DNA of 64,000 bases from Nageia nagi (taxonomy: Eukaryota > Plantae > Pinophyta). The stretch covers positions 10,354,001 through 10,418,000 of the forward strand of contig JBITNC010000001.1 in the NCBI GenBank assembly GCA_050084985.1. Reading direction: 5' to 3'. A program made the translations under genes and the position numbers. The notes under the pieces are model-generated. The model was not told the DNA's origin. It saw nothing but the letters and a program-made list of their open reading frames with translations, and searched no databases. Shown one piece after another: positions 38,975-53,291 of this stretch; the first letter of the stretch is position 1, and every line of letters begins with the position of its first letter.

Positions 38975-40112
38975 AGTGTGTGTTTCAAACTATTGGCAAG
39001 TGCTACGAAACTCTTCAACAAGAATAAAAGCTTGAGGGATAGCAGAATTACCTCGTGCTCCACTTTCGGAAGGAATTTGTGTGGGTGCTTCCCGGGTGCC
39101 ATTATTCACTTCAGTTGCTTCAATAGCAAATTAAGCGCTGTTATGAATATCATCCATATTTAATAGGCGGAGCATTGTCCAAGGTAGTGTAAAAGCTAAA
39201 GCGTGTTAGGATAGGAAAAATCCTGCAAAAAAACCCAGAGGAATAATGCGGTGTGACCCAAGAAACTAGAAACCCTAGCGGCTGATGCATGCAAAAGGTT
39301 CTCTGCTCAACTCGGCTCGTCTTAATTTTTCAAGTTGAAATTTCAAAATTACAAAGTTTTTTAAAGGGTGTTTGTAATGAAAATCAATTTCCATTGTATA
39401 CAATGTATATAAGTTTTTAATATAAATTTTTGATTATCGTTAAGTTGGGAAAGACTATATATATTCAGCCTTTCCTAAGTTGTCTTTAATTCCTCATAAT
39501 CGGTAGAAACTACATTCAAGTTAGGACTACAAAACAATCTCACAGAGTTGGTTTCATTGAGATTAGAAATGACTTTTAACATGATTTCCTTCCCCATGCT
39601 TCATGGAATAAAATGTTAGCTCTCTTGTCATCGTTTAGCAAAAAATAAAGGGGTGGATCAGTTGAGCCTGAGGACACGTTAGCAGAAATGCCATCTATTA
39701 TAGAAAAATAATGGAGAAATTGCATAGATGGAACACTAATGTTTCTGTTTATATTTCTCATTTAATATGTTACAGTATACAATACAATGTGGGATGACTA
39801 GAATTTCAAAAGACATCTCCACTATGACCTTTCATGTACAACTTCCAATATAAAAGGAAGAATTTGTCTTCCAAGTTGTAATTGATTTATACATACAAAA
39901 GACAAAAATTTTGTTGTCCCCACATAAAGATGCAATGTATTTCAGAATTAGACATTATGCCCAGACAGTAAAGTGTTTTAAATTGGAATTTACATTCTGT
40001 GCAAGATTATTAATGGTTTTTCTGTAACAGTTAAACTTATATTCCAATTATATTTTGACTTCAATGTAAATGATCCTGTGCACTTATGCAACTTTTGCCC
40101 TATTAAATATAG

Positions 40113-40189
40113 ATGCTGAAGCAAAAGATCCTACCTACTTCAAGTTGCATGCTTTTGTGCATGGGAATTTATCAGGCAACCATCTCCAG
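40113..40189 (+). CDS. POP4: POP4 coding exon 2
   Basis: TAG|AT...CAG|GTATAA. Encodes (D)AEAKDPTYFKLHAFVHGNLSGNHLQ. Phases 1 to 0. Confidence 0.85.
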
Positions 40190-40301
40190 GTATAATTCTC
40201 TAATTGTATTTTAATAATATTGTTCGTAAAGTTGATATGATAGCTTGTTCACTTGATGTAGTAGCTACAACAAAATTAACTTAGCTCAGATTTTTGTTCA
40301 G

Positions 40302-40570
40302 AATCCCGAGAAAGGAGGAGATGATACAATCGATGGCATTTTACATGATATTCTTAAGAGTGGTGGGGTTACTAAAGATATGAAGGGTGAGCTAGAAAAA
40401 ATGCAGGATAAATATCTTTTTCTTGACAATCCCAGCATCAATATGCAGAGAGTCAAAGAAAGGGCACGCATAAGAGCTCTGCGTAAGCGTATAAAGCGTT
40501 CCCATAAACATATGTCAATGCGACAACATCGGCAATTTGGATCTTTCGATTTTCCTAAGAAGTATCAAAA
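40302..40570 (+). CDS. POP4: POP4 coding exon 3
   Basis: TTCAG|AAT...AA|GTATTT. Encodes ILHDILKSG...LFLDNP...KRSHKHMSMRQHRQFGSFDFP. Phases 0 to 2. Confidence 0.92.
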
Positions 40571-40966
40571 GTATTTGTCATCTCCTTCTTTCAGGAATTA
40601 TTTTCCTTGATTGTACTTTGTGCATTCACAGTTCATATCATTTATTTGATATGCATGCTTAAGAGCTAGTTGGTGTCAGTCAATTGATGTACTACTCCAT
40701 GTAGAAACTGTTGAAACTATTCAAACAGTATTTTGTCTGGTTTGACAGGATATTTTACTTGGTTCACATGAATGCTGCCCAAGTAAACTGTAGAAGTCTC
40801 ATTGCACCTTACTTATTTAACTTGGTTAATATAGATAAAATATGAATTTTTGTAATGCTTGTACATGGAACCATCATTTATTTTTCTTTAGAAAATGCAA
40901 CTTTTCTTTTCAAAGTGTCTAATTGTTGAAAACTCTGTTTGCTAAGCATGAGCAAAATGTTTTTAG

Positions 40967-41035
40967 GTATGATCTATATTTGCCTATGCATGAAATGTGG
41001 AGCGAATACATTGTGGAACTTCTCGAAATACAGGG
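40967..41035 (+). CDS. POP4: POP4 coding exon 4
   Basis: TTTAG|G...GG|GTAAG. Encodes YDLYLPMHEMWSEYI, the conserved PMHEMW motif. Confidence 0.93.
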
Positions 41036-41178
41036 GTAAGGTTCCGTGTTCTTCGAGGCAAGTTTATATTATACTGGGAGAAAGTACAAAATTGCCTTTA
41101 GTACACAGTTCAAAAACATGACATTTATTAACCTGCATTATATAATTGATTTAAACTGATTAAGGTTTCTTATTTCAG

Positions 41179-41237
41179 TCGAAAGAATATTGGGTACTAC
41201 TTTCTGACAGCAGACTTGCATGGATCAATTTTAGCAG
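41179..41237 (+). CDS. POP4: POP4 coding exon 5
   Basis: TTTCAG|T...CAG|GTATTT. Encodes LTADLHGSILA, the Rpp29 ADLHG motif. Confidence 0.93.
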
Positions 41238-41386
41238 GTATTTGAACAAAGTATTATTCCTTAATTTGGCAGCTATAAGAACATCTTACATTGTGTACTT
41301 TTCACATGAGTATTAAAGACCAGTCTTTCTTTTTCACTTTGTAATAAGTAAAGTTTCAATTTTTGTACTGTTTTGCACGATGGCAG

Positions 41387-41488
41387 TTGTTGAAAGTAAA
41401 GTCAAAAGCTTCGTTGGTGTGCAAGGCATCATGATTCGAGAAACTGCAAACACATTTGGAATTCTGACATCAGAAAATAGATTTAGAG
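41387..41488 (+). CDS. POP4: POP4 coding exon 6 (final exon lies outside the window or was not found)
   Basis: GCAG|TT...AG|GTATGT. Encodes VESKVKSFVGVQGIMIRETANTFGILTSENRFR, the Rpp29 beta-barrel core. Confidence 0.93.
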
Positions 41489-42472
41489 GTATGTTTTGTC
41501 TTATTGTAGTCTATATTGAATGAAATTGAGTGGGATTACATATTTGGTTGTGACAACTGTGATTGGATTCAATAAGAATGTATTTACTATTTAGTTATTT
41601 ACAGCAGTACACATATGATTAAGTGATTGGAAAATTTTCGAGAAATTACTTGAATACTCTTATTCCATGTGTCTTAAAAGTCCTAGAAACAGATGTTATA
41701 TTAACTGTTTTGAAAATATTAAATGCTCAACTGATTGGCTTCAATTAACTTTGGGACATTGAGAGCAAGCTGGCTGTTCGCAAGTTAAGATGCAAGTTGA
41801 TATCAATGCTCCTATGAGGGACTTTTGCAAGGAAAAAAATTATGAATATTTATTAACTAAATATGGCTATTATTTTGATTTTTTCTGAAGTTTTAATCAC
41901 CTTTATTTGAAATAAAGGAAAACTCAATTTAGATGTTAATCTCTTTGTAAAAGAATAGTACTGTTAAAGAGCCTTCAAAACCCTATCTTGTTTTGTAGGT
42001 ATCACTTAACAAAATTTCAAGCTTACTAGTGTGTGGCTCAGCTGAGTTCATTGTAACACACAAGGGCCTCATTTATTGAGAGTAATGATCAAATAAAATT
42101 GTGTAATTATAATTTAATTAAATATTAAGACTATACAAACAATAAACAAATATAAAATACAAGGAGTTATTCAAGGAAGTTATTGTGGAGGTTCAGTTTT
42201 TTGATACGATATTGAGCCTACTATCCACTTCACTATGTAAATACTTTTGAATTTCTTAATAAATCGTCGAATTTCACTTATATCATCATGTGGTAGCATA
42301 GTAGGTGTCATGGGATATGTAGTCACACCACACTAACATACAAATAAACATTAATGACTACGTCTAGAGGGGGCATTGAAACCCCTTTTCATTCTTAGAC
42401 TTTAATGGCTGCCTCCTCGTTCTCTGCCAGCTTGAACTCCTTTTGCTATAGTAGCATTCGTCTCATTCTTCT

Positions 42473-43613
42473 TGTAATATTCCAAAATTAAGGCGTTCCA
42501 TTTCTACATGCCAAATTAAGTGGGACGCTCCTCTTCATCGTATTTTTTCTAGCACTTAGGATTATTTTGATATTTTTGTAATAGTTTGGTGTCGGTAGGA
42601 CACAATAAAATATGAATTTGGCCCTATGATGATGTGCACCTCACTCTTGGATGCAAAAATGCATTAGCATCCCAAGGTGGATGTCCCTCTTTTAGGGGTG
42701 TTTAAGTGATTTGTTAGTTAATTTAGGAGTCATTTATGTTTTATCATTGAGCGTGGGCCATATTTGTAACTTGAGGATCTAATTTGACCCCTCAAGGTTG
42801 GATCCGCAACTAGGAAGGTTAATTATTATTTTTAGGAGTGATTTTATTGTTGGATTAGTTTGGCCAACTACAAATTAGAATAAGACTTCTCCTTGCTCTC
42901 TATAAAAGGAGGACGCAACATTGGAAGACCTCATAAGCTAGCTTTTATCAAACCCCCTTTGGTGGAGCACACAACTTCTCTTCCTCTCACGGAGACGAAA
43001 CCCTTAAAGAGAAACCCTATCTTGTAGACAAAATCCCATCTTGGTAGTATAGGCCCTGGTGCCTTTATATTTGTAAAATTATCCTCGGAAGCCCTGGTGT
43101 AGTTCTAGAGAAGACCTAACCTAGTCGTTCACGTTTGAAGGTGGAGTTTGGATCCTGGCATCTAGTATTGGCCCTAGGAGTAAGATGTCTAGCTCAAGGA
43201 GACAGTTTGGTGCAATTCCGGAATCTTCAAAGTGGTGTTTTTAACTCCCTAGTGAGACATCACCCCCTTGGAGACATTTTGAGCTCTTTGAGATGATATT
43301 CTTGGTTTGTCTAAGTATTTTGGAAATCTCGATATTTATCTCATAATTTTGTGTCTCATTGTTTCACCTCAATTTTGGAATATTTGTGCATGAGTTGGAT
43401 GCATGGTGTATTTATCCCTAATTTCCTTATTTTGAGCACTTGCATGAATCATCCTAATTTTATGAGTACATTGGCATTTATTTGAGTTAATTAAAATATT
43501 CCGCATAAGGTAGAGCATCATTTGGGAATTTATCTAAGTTTGGAGTGATATGGTTAAATTGGAATTTGCATATTTTGCTATAAATTGTGCTTGCCCTAGT
43601 TTGGAATATTACA
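42473..43613 (+). repeat. Solo LTR
   Basis: 14-bp perfect inverted termini TGTAATATTCCAAA / TTTGGAATATTACA and CTATAAAAGG at ~42900. TSD is not clean. Confidence 0.75.
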
Positions 43614-44441
43614 TCTCCCTCTTCAATGGATATCCCATCGACTGACCCTTTCCAACATCCAATGTGATTCTCTGTTGACCTCTTGTTACTCTCAAAGGAG
43701 TTGTTGGTATTTCTTCATTACTCAATTTAGGAATTATTTTAGCTTCATTTCTTTCATTCTCAGTTGAATTCAATCTTCTCTAAGTCTCCTACTATGTTTA
43801 TGGGATTACTTCATATGTCTCATCTACTTCTTCCTCAGGATTGTTTCTTACAATTGAAGTAATCTCATTTTCTACTTCTTCATACTGTTCATCCACTTCT
43901 TATCTTTCAGTAGTATTTTTTAGCTCTACCCTAGCATTCTCGTGTAGAGGATTGGGAATACAGTCCTGATAGTCCCTCTAGTTCATTTGTTGCTACTTGA
44001 GGAGGATTACAGTTCTTCTCAAGATCTTGTTGCTCTTGTACTAAACTTGGCCCTTTATCCTTTCTTGATTGAGGCTATGATTGGGCTCGTATTTTGTTTA
44101 GCTCCACTTAGTTCACATGGTTGCTATCTTTCCTTTGCGAGACCTTTTTGGTTGTTGGGGTTCTCTTCTTGTTTGGGAAATAATTTGACAAATGCCCTCT
44201 CTTCTTGGCTCTCTATTCTCAAATTCAAAAGCTTAAGTCCATATGCCCACTTCTAAAATGAGCTCAATATTATCTGAAAAAGTCCATACATCTACTTCTG
44301 AAATGAGACCAATAGTTTCCAGAAGGTATGCATCCAAATTGATATTCACACACACTCTTCAAAACACCATCCTTGCTCTAAATTTGGTTGCTTTATTAAT
44401 AGTAACAAAGTTACCTATTACATTCACAATACCCATAAAAC

Positions 44442-44798
44442 TAGTGTTGTCAAACTCGCTGAGATGTGCCGAAACTTGCGAGTCTTGAGTGCGAGTCGAC
44501 TAGGGTGATTCTCGCAAACTTGGACTCGTGAGTTTTGGCGATTCCCAATTCCTGACAAAACTCATGAGTTTCGAGGGTTAGACTCGCCGATTATGGCAAA
44601 GGAGTTTGGCAAGTTTCGACAAGTTTTTATGAGTTTGGTGACTTTCGGCAATTTTTGGCGAGTTTGGACCAAAACCAGTTTTCAGTGGAAATATGTTTTT
44701 TTTTTGCATTTTTTTCGTTTTTCCGAGTTTGACTTCTTGAGCCCGAGTCTTGAGGGGGCCTCAGCAAGTCCACGCTGAGTTTGAGTCTGACAACTATG
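44442..44798. mobile_element. hAT-type MITE related to the 1702-2449 element
   Basis: Termini TAGTGTTGTCA / TGACAACTATG. The 3' end TGAGTCTGACAACT is shared with 1702-2449. Flanks are ATAAAAC / ATAAAAAC. Confidence 0.7.
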
Positions 44799-45384
44799 AT
44801 AAAAACATGTTCATGCCAAATTGAAACGGAAAACCTAGAGGCGAAACCAAATCTTTGCAATGTTAATACTGTGTTTTTGGGTCAAAGTCTAGGTCCCATT
44901 TCCGTAGAAAGAGACTTCTTCCAAGCATCCATGGACCCACTCAAAGGTTCTTTTCCAAGGATTCATAGGGACACATTCCCCCCTTCGAACAATTATTCCT
45001 GGTGGCGGGGAACTGTTCCTTCCTGATTCCCCCATCAGGAACTCAAGGGGAACGCCCAAGTGTTCCCCGTGGGTTGGATGGTCAGTTGATCGCAAAAGCA
45101 AAAAAAGACACTTTTAACTTAAAAAAAAAGCACAAATATGAATGGGGGTGGAACCTACCATTGTCCTCACCCCCCAAAACCTAATTTCTCTTTATATTTG
45201 CATCCAAACATAATTCATTTTATTTTATTCAGCTGTCAAATGATTTGTAAATCTCTGTAAGCTATGCTATTCAAGAGATCATCAAATACAAATTTCATAA
45301 TTTAACCTTTTATGCCTATTTAATGTATCCTTGTGATTAAAACATCAATATTACTGAACAAGATAACGATACCAACAATAATTA

Positions 45385-48300
45385 TATGCTAATCGCATCC
45401 ACAACAGAAAGGCAAGAAGATTTACCTTGGCTCACAAAATGTGGGTTAGTCCAGCTTGTCTGATCTTTGATTAATGTCTTGAGTCACAAGAGAAAAACAA
45501 GTACAATAGTCTTATGAAGATCTATACAGCCTCCATATCAAGTATCTTCTACTATTGACTACCTAATCTCTTCTAGAACCTCTTTACAATCTCCAATGCC
45601 TTCTTCTCATTGGTTTACAACTAGAAAGAAGCACAAAACTGTCTACAACATCAACCATACTCATCCAACTCCCTTTAGAGATGGTTAAGAGTAGTTTATA
45701 GGTAAAATTGACGCCTCTTGGAAGACAAACCATATTTCAAACGACTAGGAAACTACTCAAACCATTTCAACTTCCCTCACAATCGTTTTGTCCTTTCAGC
45801 GTTGGTTGACATGGTTGGATAGCAGAAATGACACAGGTTCTCGATCGGGCAATGGACCGTCTAAAGACCAGTTCATGATTCTTGTCAAGTCAACACACCT
45901 CCAGAACTCCCTTGAATGCATATGACATCGAAATCTTGGCCTCTAATAATCTCATCAAAAGGTCATGCACAAAGCTTAACATTGGTGTTGCTGGTAGCAT
46001 TGATGCTAGGCTACAATTCAATAAATACTACCAAGTCAAAAGCACATTTCAAATTTGAACATGAAGACCCTTGGTAATGATCTTCACTTTAATAATTTGA
46101 GCTAAAAATCACGTCTCCCAAATGACAAGACTTTTGGTCCCCAAAAGCTTTACTTTTAAAGAAGATGAGGAAATAAATCCCCAACTCTTTTTTTGTCATA
46201 CCATCTGGCTCTGTTAGGCTTATGTCGTTTCAACCCAATCAACCAAATCTCTTATTGTCCCTTTTGGTATGAACCTTCTTTTGAAAAATTATATCTTCTC
46301 CAAGTTCATTCATCGTTGATGGAGAAAGATCTTCAATTGATAGCAAAACTTGACCTTCTGCCTCCTCTTCTTCAATCAACATAGATGGCTCAAACAATTT
46401 CAAGTTATCCACATTCACAATTGAATAAATATTCAAGTTACTACATTCACTCACTTGATCTACAATGTCAAATGGTCCGCACCTTATAGGTTTCAACTTT
46501 TTGGCTGGTCTTTGCAACCTCTCCTTACTAAGATGTAACCAAACTCAGTCTCCCACTTGAAACTTATGGTCAATTCCATGTTTTTCATGTCTCATCTTGT
46601 ACTTGGATTGGCTCATTTTAAGTTACTGTTGAACTTTCAAATGAATTTACCTAGCTTCATCAATAAATCCTTCAACTTGTTCTTCTTCTTCCAAAATTGA
46701 AATGTCTTTATCATTTTGTTGTCCAAATACATAATCAAAAGGTGATGGAGGAAGGTATGCAAAACATATCTCAAATGGAGTTTTACTTGTGGAAGTATGA
46801 TTTGCCCTGTCGTAAGAGTCTTGGATGTAAACAAGATGTTCATCCCAAGTCTGTGCATTTTGCCACAATATCCTCGCAATAACTGAACTACTGTCCTATT
46901 CACCACTTCTGTTTGACCATCAATATGAGGATGAAAATTAGTACTCCTCTTCAATCATGTGTCCATCTTGTTTCACAAACAAGTCCATAATTTGTCCAAA
47001 AACGTGGAATCTCTATCAGAATTAATTGAATTAGGCAAACAGAAATGGACCCATACATGAGAAAAGAAAAGATTTGCAACTTCTTGATAAAAAATAATCT
47101 TCTTGCATGGAATTAAAACACATATTGCTAAATCTATCCACAACTATGAACAAATAATTATGTTCCCTTTTAGACATGGACAAACCTCCAACAAAATCCA
47201 TAGAGATACTTTTCCAATGTCGGTTTGTAACTAGAAGTGGCATATACAAACCCAATTTCCTGTTACTAGGTTTGCTGTTACAACACATTACACATCATCA
47301 CATATATTTTGCAACATAATCTTGCATCTTTGGCCAATGCACATACCTTTTCAAATTTGATACTATCTTTGCCACACCAAAATGACCAACAATCTTAGAA
47401 GTGTGTGCCTCTCTAATCAATTGAACTCTTTCATTTTCAGGAATACAAATTCAATTTATAAAGAAGTCCATCTACGAGATGATAATCATGCATACCTGCA
47501 CAATATGATCTAGATGTTTCTATCAACTTCTTATAAACTTCTCCAAAATCAGAATCTGTCAGGTAAGTGTCTATAGATGCTTCATGAATGGAAGGACAAA
47601 CTTCCATTACTGAAATCAAAGCTATATTACCTTTGCATGTCAACGCTATGGCTATAGGCAATGCTGACACTATAGGAAGCGCTGATGTTCCTGGAATAGG
47701 CAGTGTAGACAACATGTCTACAAGTTTATTTGTAGTGCCCTTATATTTGTTGTTGAGATGAAATTGCTGTAGGAACCCCATCCATCTGAAATGCCTTGTT
47801 TGTTGCAATTTTGTTTGAGTTTGTAAATATTGATGATTAGTATGAATTATAGCTTCCTTACCCATCAAATAATGCTTCTGTATCTTCATTGCTCGTATCT
47901 TCATTATAGCTTCCTTGTGATATGTTGGATAGTTCAAAGCTGCTCCACTAAAGTTTTCAGAATGATAACAAATTGGCTTCCTTCCTTGCATCAAAACAAC
48001 TACCATGGCATACTCATTAGCATCAATTTTGATCTCAAAAGGCTGCTGTAAGTTTGGGAGTGCTAAAATAGTTGCATTGCTGGTCTTTTGCTTCAGCAAA
48101 TCAAATGCACTTTGTAGCTCTTTTCTGCATTGAAAATTCTACCTTTTACCTGTAACATCATGTAAAGGTGAAACAAAATTGGATAAATCAACAATAAATT
48201 TTCACAAATACCGAACATCACCTAGAAAACTTCTAGTTTCGGTAACATTGGTTGGTCTTTGCCATTCCACAATTGCTTTAACCTTTTTAGGATCTATTCT

Positions 48301-49543
48301 AAGATGTCCACCACCAACAATATGGCCTAGATACACCAATTTTTGCTTACCAAACTTACACTTACTCATTTTGATGAGCAACTTCTCCTTTTGTAGAGTT
48401 TGAAGCATTTGCCTAATATGCACCAAATGATCTTCCCATGTTAGACTATAGATAAGTATATCGTCAAGACAAACAACAAATGAATCAATAAAGGGCCCAA
48501 GAACATCATTCGATACCGTCATGAATGTGGTTGGTGCATTACACAAACCAAAAGGTAAAACAAACCTTGTCTTGTCTTGAAGGCTGTCTTCCAAATGTTC
48601 TCTTCTTTGATTCTCACTTGATGATAACAACTCCTTAAGTCTAACTTATTGAAATACTTTGCCCCTTGCAACTGATCCAACAGATCATCTATCTGAGGCA
48701 AGGGATGATGATTTTTGATAGTAATTTTGTTTAATGCCCAATAATCATTATACATTCTGGATGACCCATCCTTCTTTGGAACTAGAATAATAGGTAATCC
48801 ATAGGGAGATGTGCTTGGTCTAATCACACCTTGATCCACAAGTTCTTGAACTTGCATTTTAATCTCGTCATACTCCAAAATTGATTGACGATAGAAACCA
48901 ATGTTTAGTAGAGTTGCATTAGGTAACAATTGAATTTCATGTTGAATATTCCGATTAGGTGGCAATCCCTTTGGTTCAACAAATTATTGACTTCCTAATC
49001 TCTTTTATAACCTCTTTAAAGACTCCAATGGCTTCTTCTCATAGTTTCACAACTGGAAAGAACCACAAAATTGTCTACAACATCAAGCAAAACCATCCAA
49101 CCCCCTCTAGAGATGGCTAGGAGTAGTTTATAGGTAAAACTGTTGCCTACTGGAAGACAACCAATTTTCCTAGCTTCCCAAATAACTAGGAAACAACTCA
49201 AACCACTTCAATTTTCCGTCACATCTATTTTGTCCTTTTAGTGTTGACATTGGTTGACATGGTCGAGTAGCCCGAAAAATACACATTCCCGTTTGGGCAT
49301 CAAGTCAACACACCTCCAAAACTCCCTTGAATGCATATGACATCAAAAATCCTGACCTCTAACAATCTCATCAAAAGATTATGCATGAAGCTTAACGTTG
49401 GCGTTGCTAGCAACATTTGCATTGATGGTAGCGTTGACACTAGGTTACAATGCACTAACACTACAAGTCAAAAGCACACCTCGAATTCAAACATGAAGAC
49501 CTTTGGTAACAATCTCCACTTTAAGCATATGAGCTTCAAAACA
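45385..49543 (-). mobile_element. Decayed Ty3/gypsy element (CRM-like) with two LTR copies and deleted gag
   Basis: LTR similarity between 45552-46111 and 48984-49543. PPT-like sequence at 46112-46121. RT (LVPKKDG, PFGLCNAP, CLDD), RH (NYPTYHKE) and integrase (SMDFVGGL, GQTEVVNRT). Left end is approximate. Confidence 0.88.
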
Positions 49544-51139
49544 TGTGAAGAGAATGATGGCAGTGGAGAGGAGAAAGTCATAGTTTTGATTTTGGCATTT
49601 TGTGCTAGCTTGATCTATTATCTATCATTATGACACTATGTACTAGATTGATCTATGCTCATAATTAATTTTGATATTTTGATTCATACTTGATGAATGA
49701 TGATTGATGTCTAATTTGAATTTTCAATTCCAAATTTTGTATACATGATTGAATTGATAAATATTAAAGAATAATGAATTTGAAACTATGAAATATAAAA
49801 AATTATGGGAATTTTTATTAGTATTATACTTGTCATACCCCTGTTTCGGAATACCCGTTCTCCCGCTTCCTCGTTTTTCAGCCTTGTGGAACCTTAATGC
49901 TTTCCATATCACCTTTCATCGTAAGTTTAATCATGTAGAATCCGTTTGGAAGGGAAACTAATTCCATTCCTCCTGTTGGCTTCTATTTCAGAGAATCCCA
50001 TCTTTCGATTGTATCTGTATCAGGACGTGATACATGAAATTTCCCACCAAGTTGAAGGCTCATGAAAGAAGTAATTTCCTGGGGAATAACTAAAGAACCT
50101 TCCTCAACTCGAAGGTTAAGATGACTAAACACCAATTGGGATCTAATCTCTGTTACCACTTGTGCCCACAAAGGTTTACTTGCCCCCTTGCCTCCTTTTG
50201 TGCCCCTTTTGTTTAGCAGTTTGTGAATCATGTCATTAAGTTATCCATCCTTTGTCTCTTCTCCTGCATCCTGCACCCTTTGGCACTTCATCCTGCACCC
50301 TTTGGCAGTTCATCCATGACCCTTGTGAACCATCATCACCTGAGCTCGATCCTATGCATCCATTGCCTGCTTGCACACCTGTTCCCATTCCTCCTATTTC
50401 AAAGCGAGTCATTTCCTTTGGATAAGTGCATTTTATTGCCTTTGTGAGTCACACCACACCTCTTATTTATATTATATTTTAGTGAAAGGATGTATCCCTA
50501 TGAAAATTTATAACTATATGATTTATACTTAAGCTAAACTGTAATTAATTACTCTTAGGTTTGCAAATCCAAATTCTATCAACTCCAAAATTCATGTATT
50601 ACATCAATACAACATTGATAAATAGAGGTAAAAGTGGCTTATCACTTCACCTTCCTCAAGAGACTTTTTAACTGCCTAAAGACTCGACAACTTCATGTTA
50701 CTGTGACCTTTGGAATTCCTCCAACACACAAATCCGAAAATACATAAATATAAAATACTTTCTCACACCTACTCACTTATAACACCTAAATCTAATTATG
50801 TACATTGAACCTTAATCCCTAAGGATTAGGTTTCCAACATCCCCCCTTAATCCGAAAGGGATTATGAAAGAAATAAAAAGATGTGCCTCAAGGTGTGTAG
50901 AACATTCTTCAGAAAAGTTCAGTCAATTACACATAACTTTCACAAATAGCTTCTACTTCAAACCAGAATAGCTTTTTCTTGAGCTTCTTCACAATCCAAG
51001 AATGAAACAGCCACTCTAGTCCATGAGAAAGAGGCAAATCTGCAACTTGGGTTGAGATGGCATTGGTATCAGAACACTAGCCATATAACACCTACACACT
51101 TATAACACCTAAATCTATTTATATCCTCAAAGCTGGAAA

Positions 51140-52230
51140 TCATTTGAAAATATCTATTGGCTTCCAAGTAGCATTTTCTTTTGATAAATCCTTCCATTTG
51201 ATCAGTAGTTCCTTTATGTGCCTATTTTGCAGGTTGTCCTCCCTATGTAGTAGTACTACATCAAGTCCAAGATTAGTTTCTCGTACCTCCTTTACTTTGG
51301 GAACTCTCTCTAGGACTTCATGTTTTGGCCAAGCATTGGTTTAAGACAACAAACAAAGAATCTCGAAGCTAATCTTTTATTAGCCTTTGTCTTTGCTGAG
51401 GATTGTTTAAATGCGTTTCAAAAGTACTCAATCCCCTACTTCAAAACTCGTATTTGATCGATGTTGATCTGCCTATTGATTCTTCATGTTTTATGCTTCA
51501 TCTAGATTCTCAAGTAATTTGAGTACATTTTTTACCTTTGCAAAACTTGTTTTATAGTTAATCAGAAATGGGGGCTTTTGTCCATAAAGTGCTTCAATAG
51601 GAGACATCCTTGTGGAACCAGGAGACATCCTTGTGGAACCAGGTTATGATGTATTGTAACACCATTCAGCTTTTTCAATTCCTAATCCATAGGTATTGTT
51701 TCTCTGAAGCAAAGCAATGAAAATAAGTACCTAAGCATATCTTTACAATTTCAGTTTGCCTATACATTTGCGGGTGATAGGTGAAGCTCATATTAAGTCT
51801 TAAGCTAGAGTTCCAAAAGTTACTAGTGAATGTTGTGTCACCTTCACACATAATCATCTTAGGCATTCTATGGAGCTTAACGATTTGATCAAAAATACTT
51901 TTGCCAGTTTAGTTGCTATATATGGATGTTGTAGGCACAAAATGGCCATTTATTAGAGAACTTATCACTACTAAAATAATTGATCTGTTCTTGCAATATT
52001 TACTTGTAATGGGGAAGGGTTGAAGAAGTCCTGTTGCCTTAATCTGTTCATCTTTGTTCCTTTGACAAATCTTATATTTTGCCACATACATCTAGATATC
52101 TTCTTCAATCCTCTTCCAAAAGAATGTTCAATTCATTTTGGTATGTTTAGTAGAATTTCAAGTGACACGATAATAGTGATGCATAAAAGTCATGCAATAT
52201 TTTCTCCTTCAAGCAGGAATGTCTTGTGAA
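51140..52230 (-). mobile_element. Chromoviral gypsy integrase and chromodomain remnant
   Basis: TGLLQPFPI, MSFTYHPQ..QTEIV, and LIKWKDLSKENATW chromodomain-like sequence at about 51160-51205. Includes a 21-bp tandem duplication at 51600-51641. Confidence 0.75.
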
Positions 52231-53291
52231 AAAAAAAACTCTTATCTTTGTCATTGGTAATACCTGTTGGAACTTGAGCTCAATCGAAGACTATTTGTAG
52301 TTGAAGATCAACTAGACTTCTAAAATAGATCAATCAACTTTGAGAAGGCATAACTTTTTGTAGAGACATCCAATTGAGCAGATTCTTTTGCATTGGATAG
52401 TGTTCGAAGATACCTTTCCAATGAGTATACACATGCTTAATTTTGTTGAAGGTTTAACCATCATATTGTACATTTTTTGACAAGCTGTCTAGTCTACATC
52501 ATCTCGCCCCAGGCGCAATGCACTTCAGAACTTCATCCCAGGCACAGTGCTCCTCACTCTAGACGCAGTGTGCTCTAAGACTAAGCGTAGTGTGCTTTAA
52601 GATCAGGCACAATGCGCCTACAAGCAAAGCCTTATGGGCTATTTTTAGCATGTGCGGGATGTCATTTTTTCATCTTCCAGTTTAGAATTGATGTTTCTAT
52701 TTTGGGTGTTAGTTTCGCCTAGTTGTTGTTGAGCATGATAGGGTATAATCAGAACTTCTAGTTCGCTTTATGGATTGATTTGCAACAAGTTGTGATCATG
52801 CTACTTGAGTTTATATTTAGCACAATCTATTTTTGGGTTTGTGATTTTGTTTTTCTAATCAATGAAAGTAGATTACTTTTCAATACCTCACTTCCATGGA
52901 TAACCTTGATCCTCTACTTGACTATTATTCAATTATTTAAGATTTGTATTCATTTCATCTTTTACTTGTTCACACATGGATGGAGGATAATAGATTGCAT
53001 GAAGTGCCATTGTTCCCTCATATTTTTTGAAAAGTACACAACAACCACATTTTCCTTCCCTTTCTTATAGATCATTTTGAAGTCTTATACCAACAATTCT
53101 GTTACCAACTTATATTGCTTAGGATATGAAAGGTGTTTCTCCAAAAAACTATTTGGTACTATTATGATTTATTTTGATGATAAAGTGTCTACCCATTAAA
53201 TAAGGTTGCCACTTCACAATTGCATGTAAAACTGCCATCATTGATGAATTTGAAGTCACCATACCCCAAGAATGGTGAACAAGGCACAAAG

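Larger units (their letters stand above)
37046..39321 (-). mobile_element. Internally deleted LINE retaining both ends and TSD
   Basis: TSD TTAATTTTCCAAGTT (37031-37045) / TTAATTTTTCAAGTT (39322-39336). Contains ORF1, the endonuclease N-terminus, AATAAA and an A-rich tail. No RT. Confidence 0.85.

Noticed and set aside
45368-45374. PBS after the 3' LTR implying a tandem element
   Set aside because: Only 7 nt (TGGTATC) match, which is too weak to support the call.
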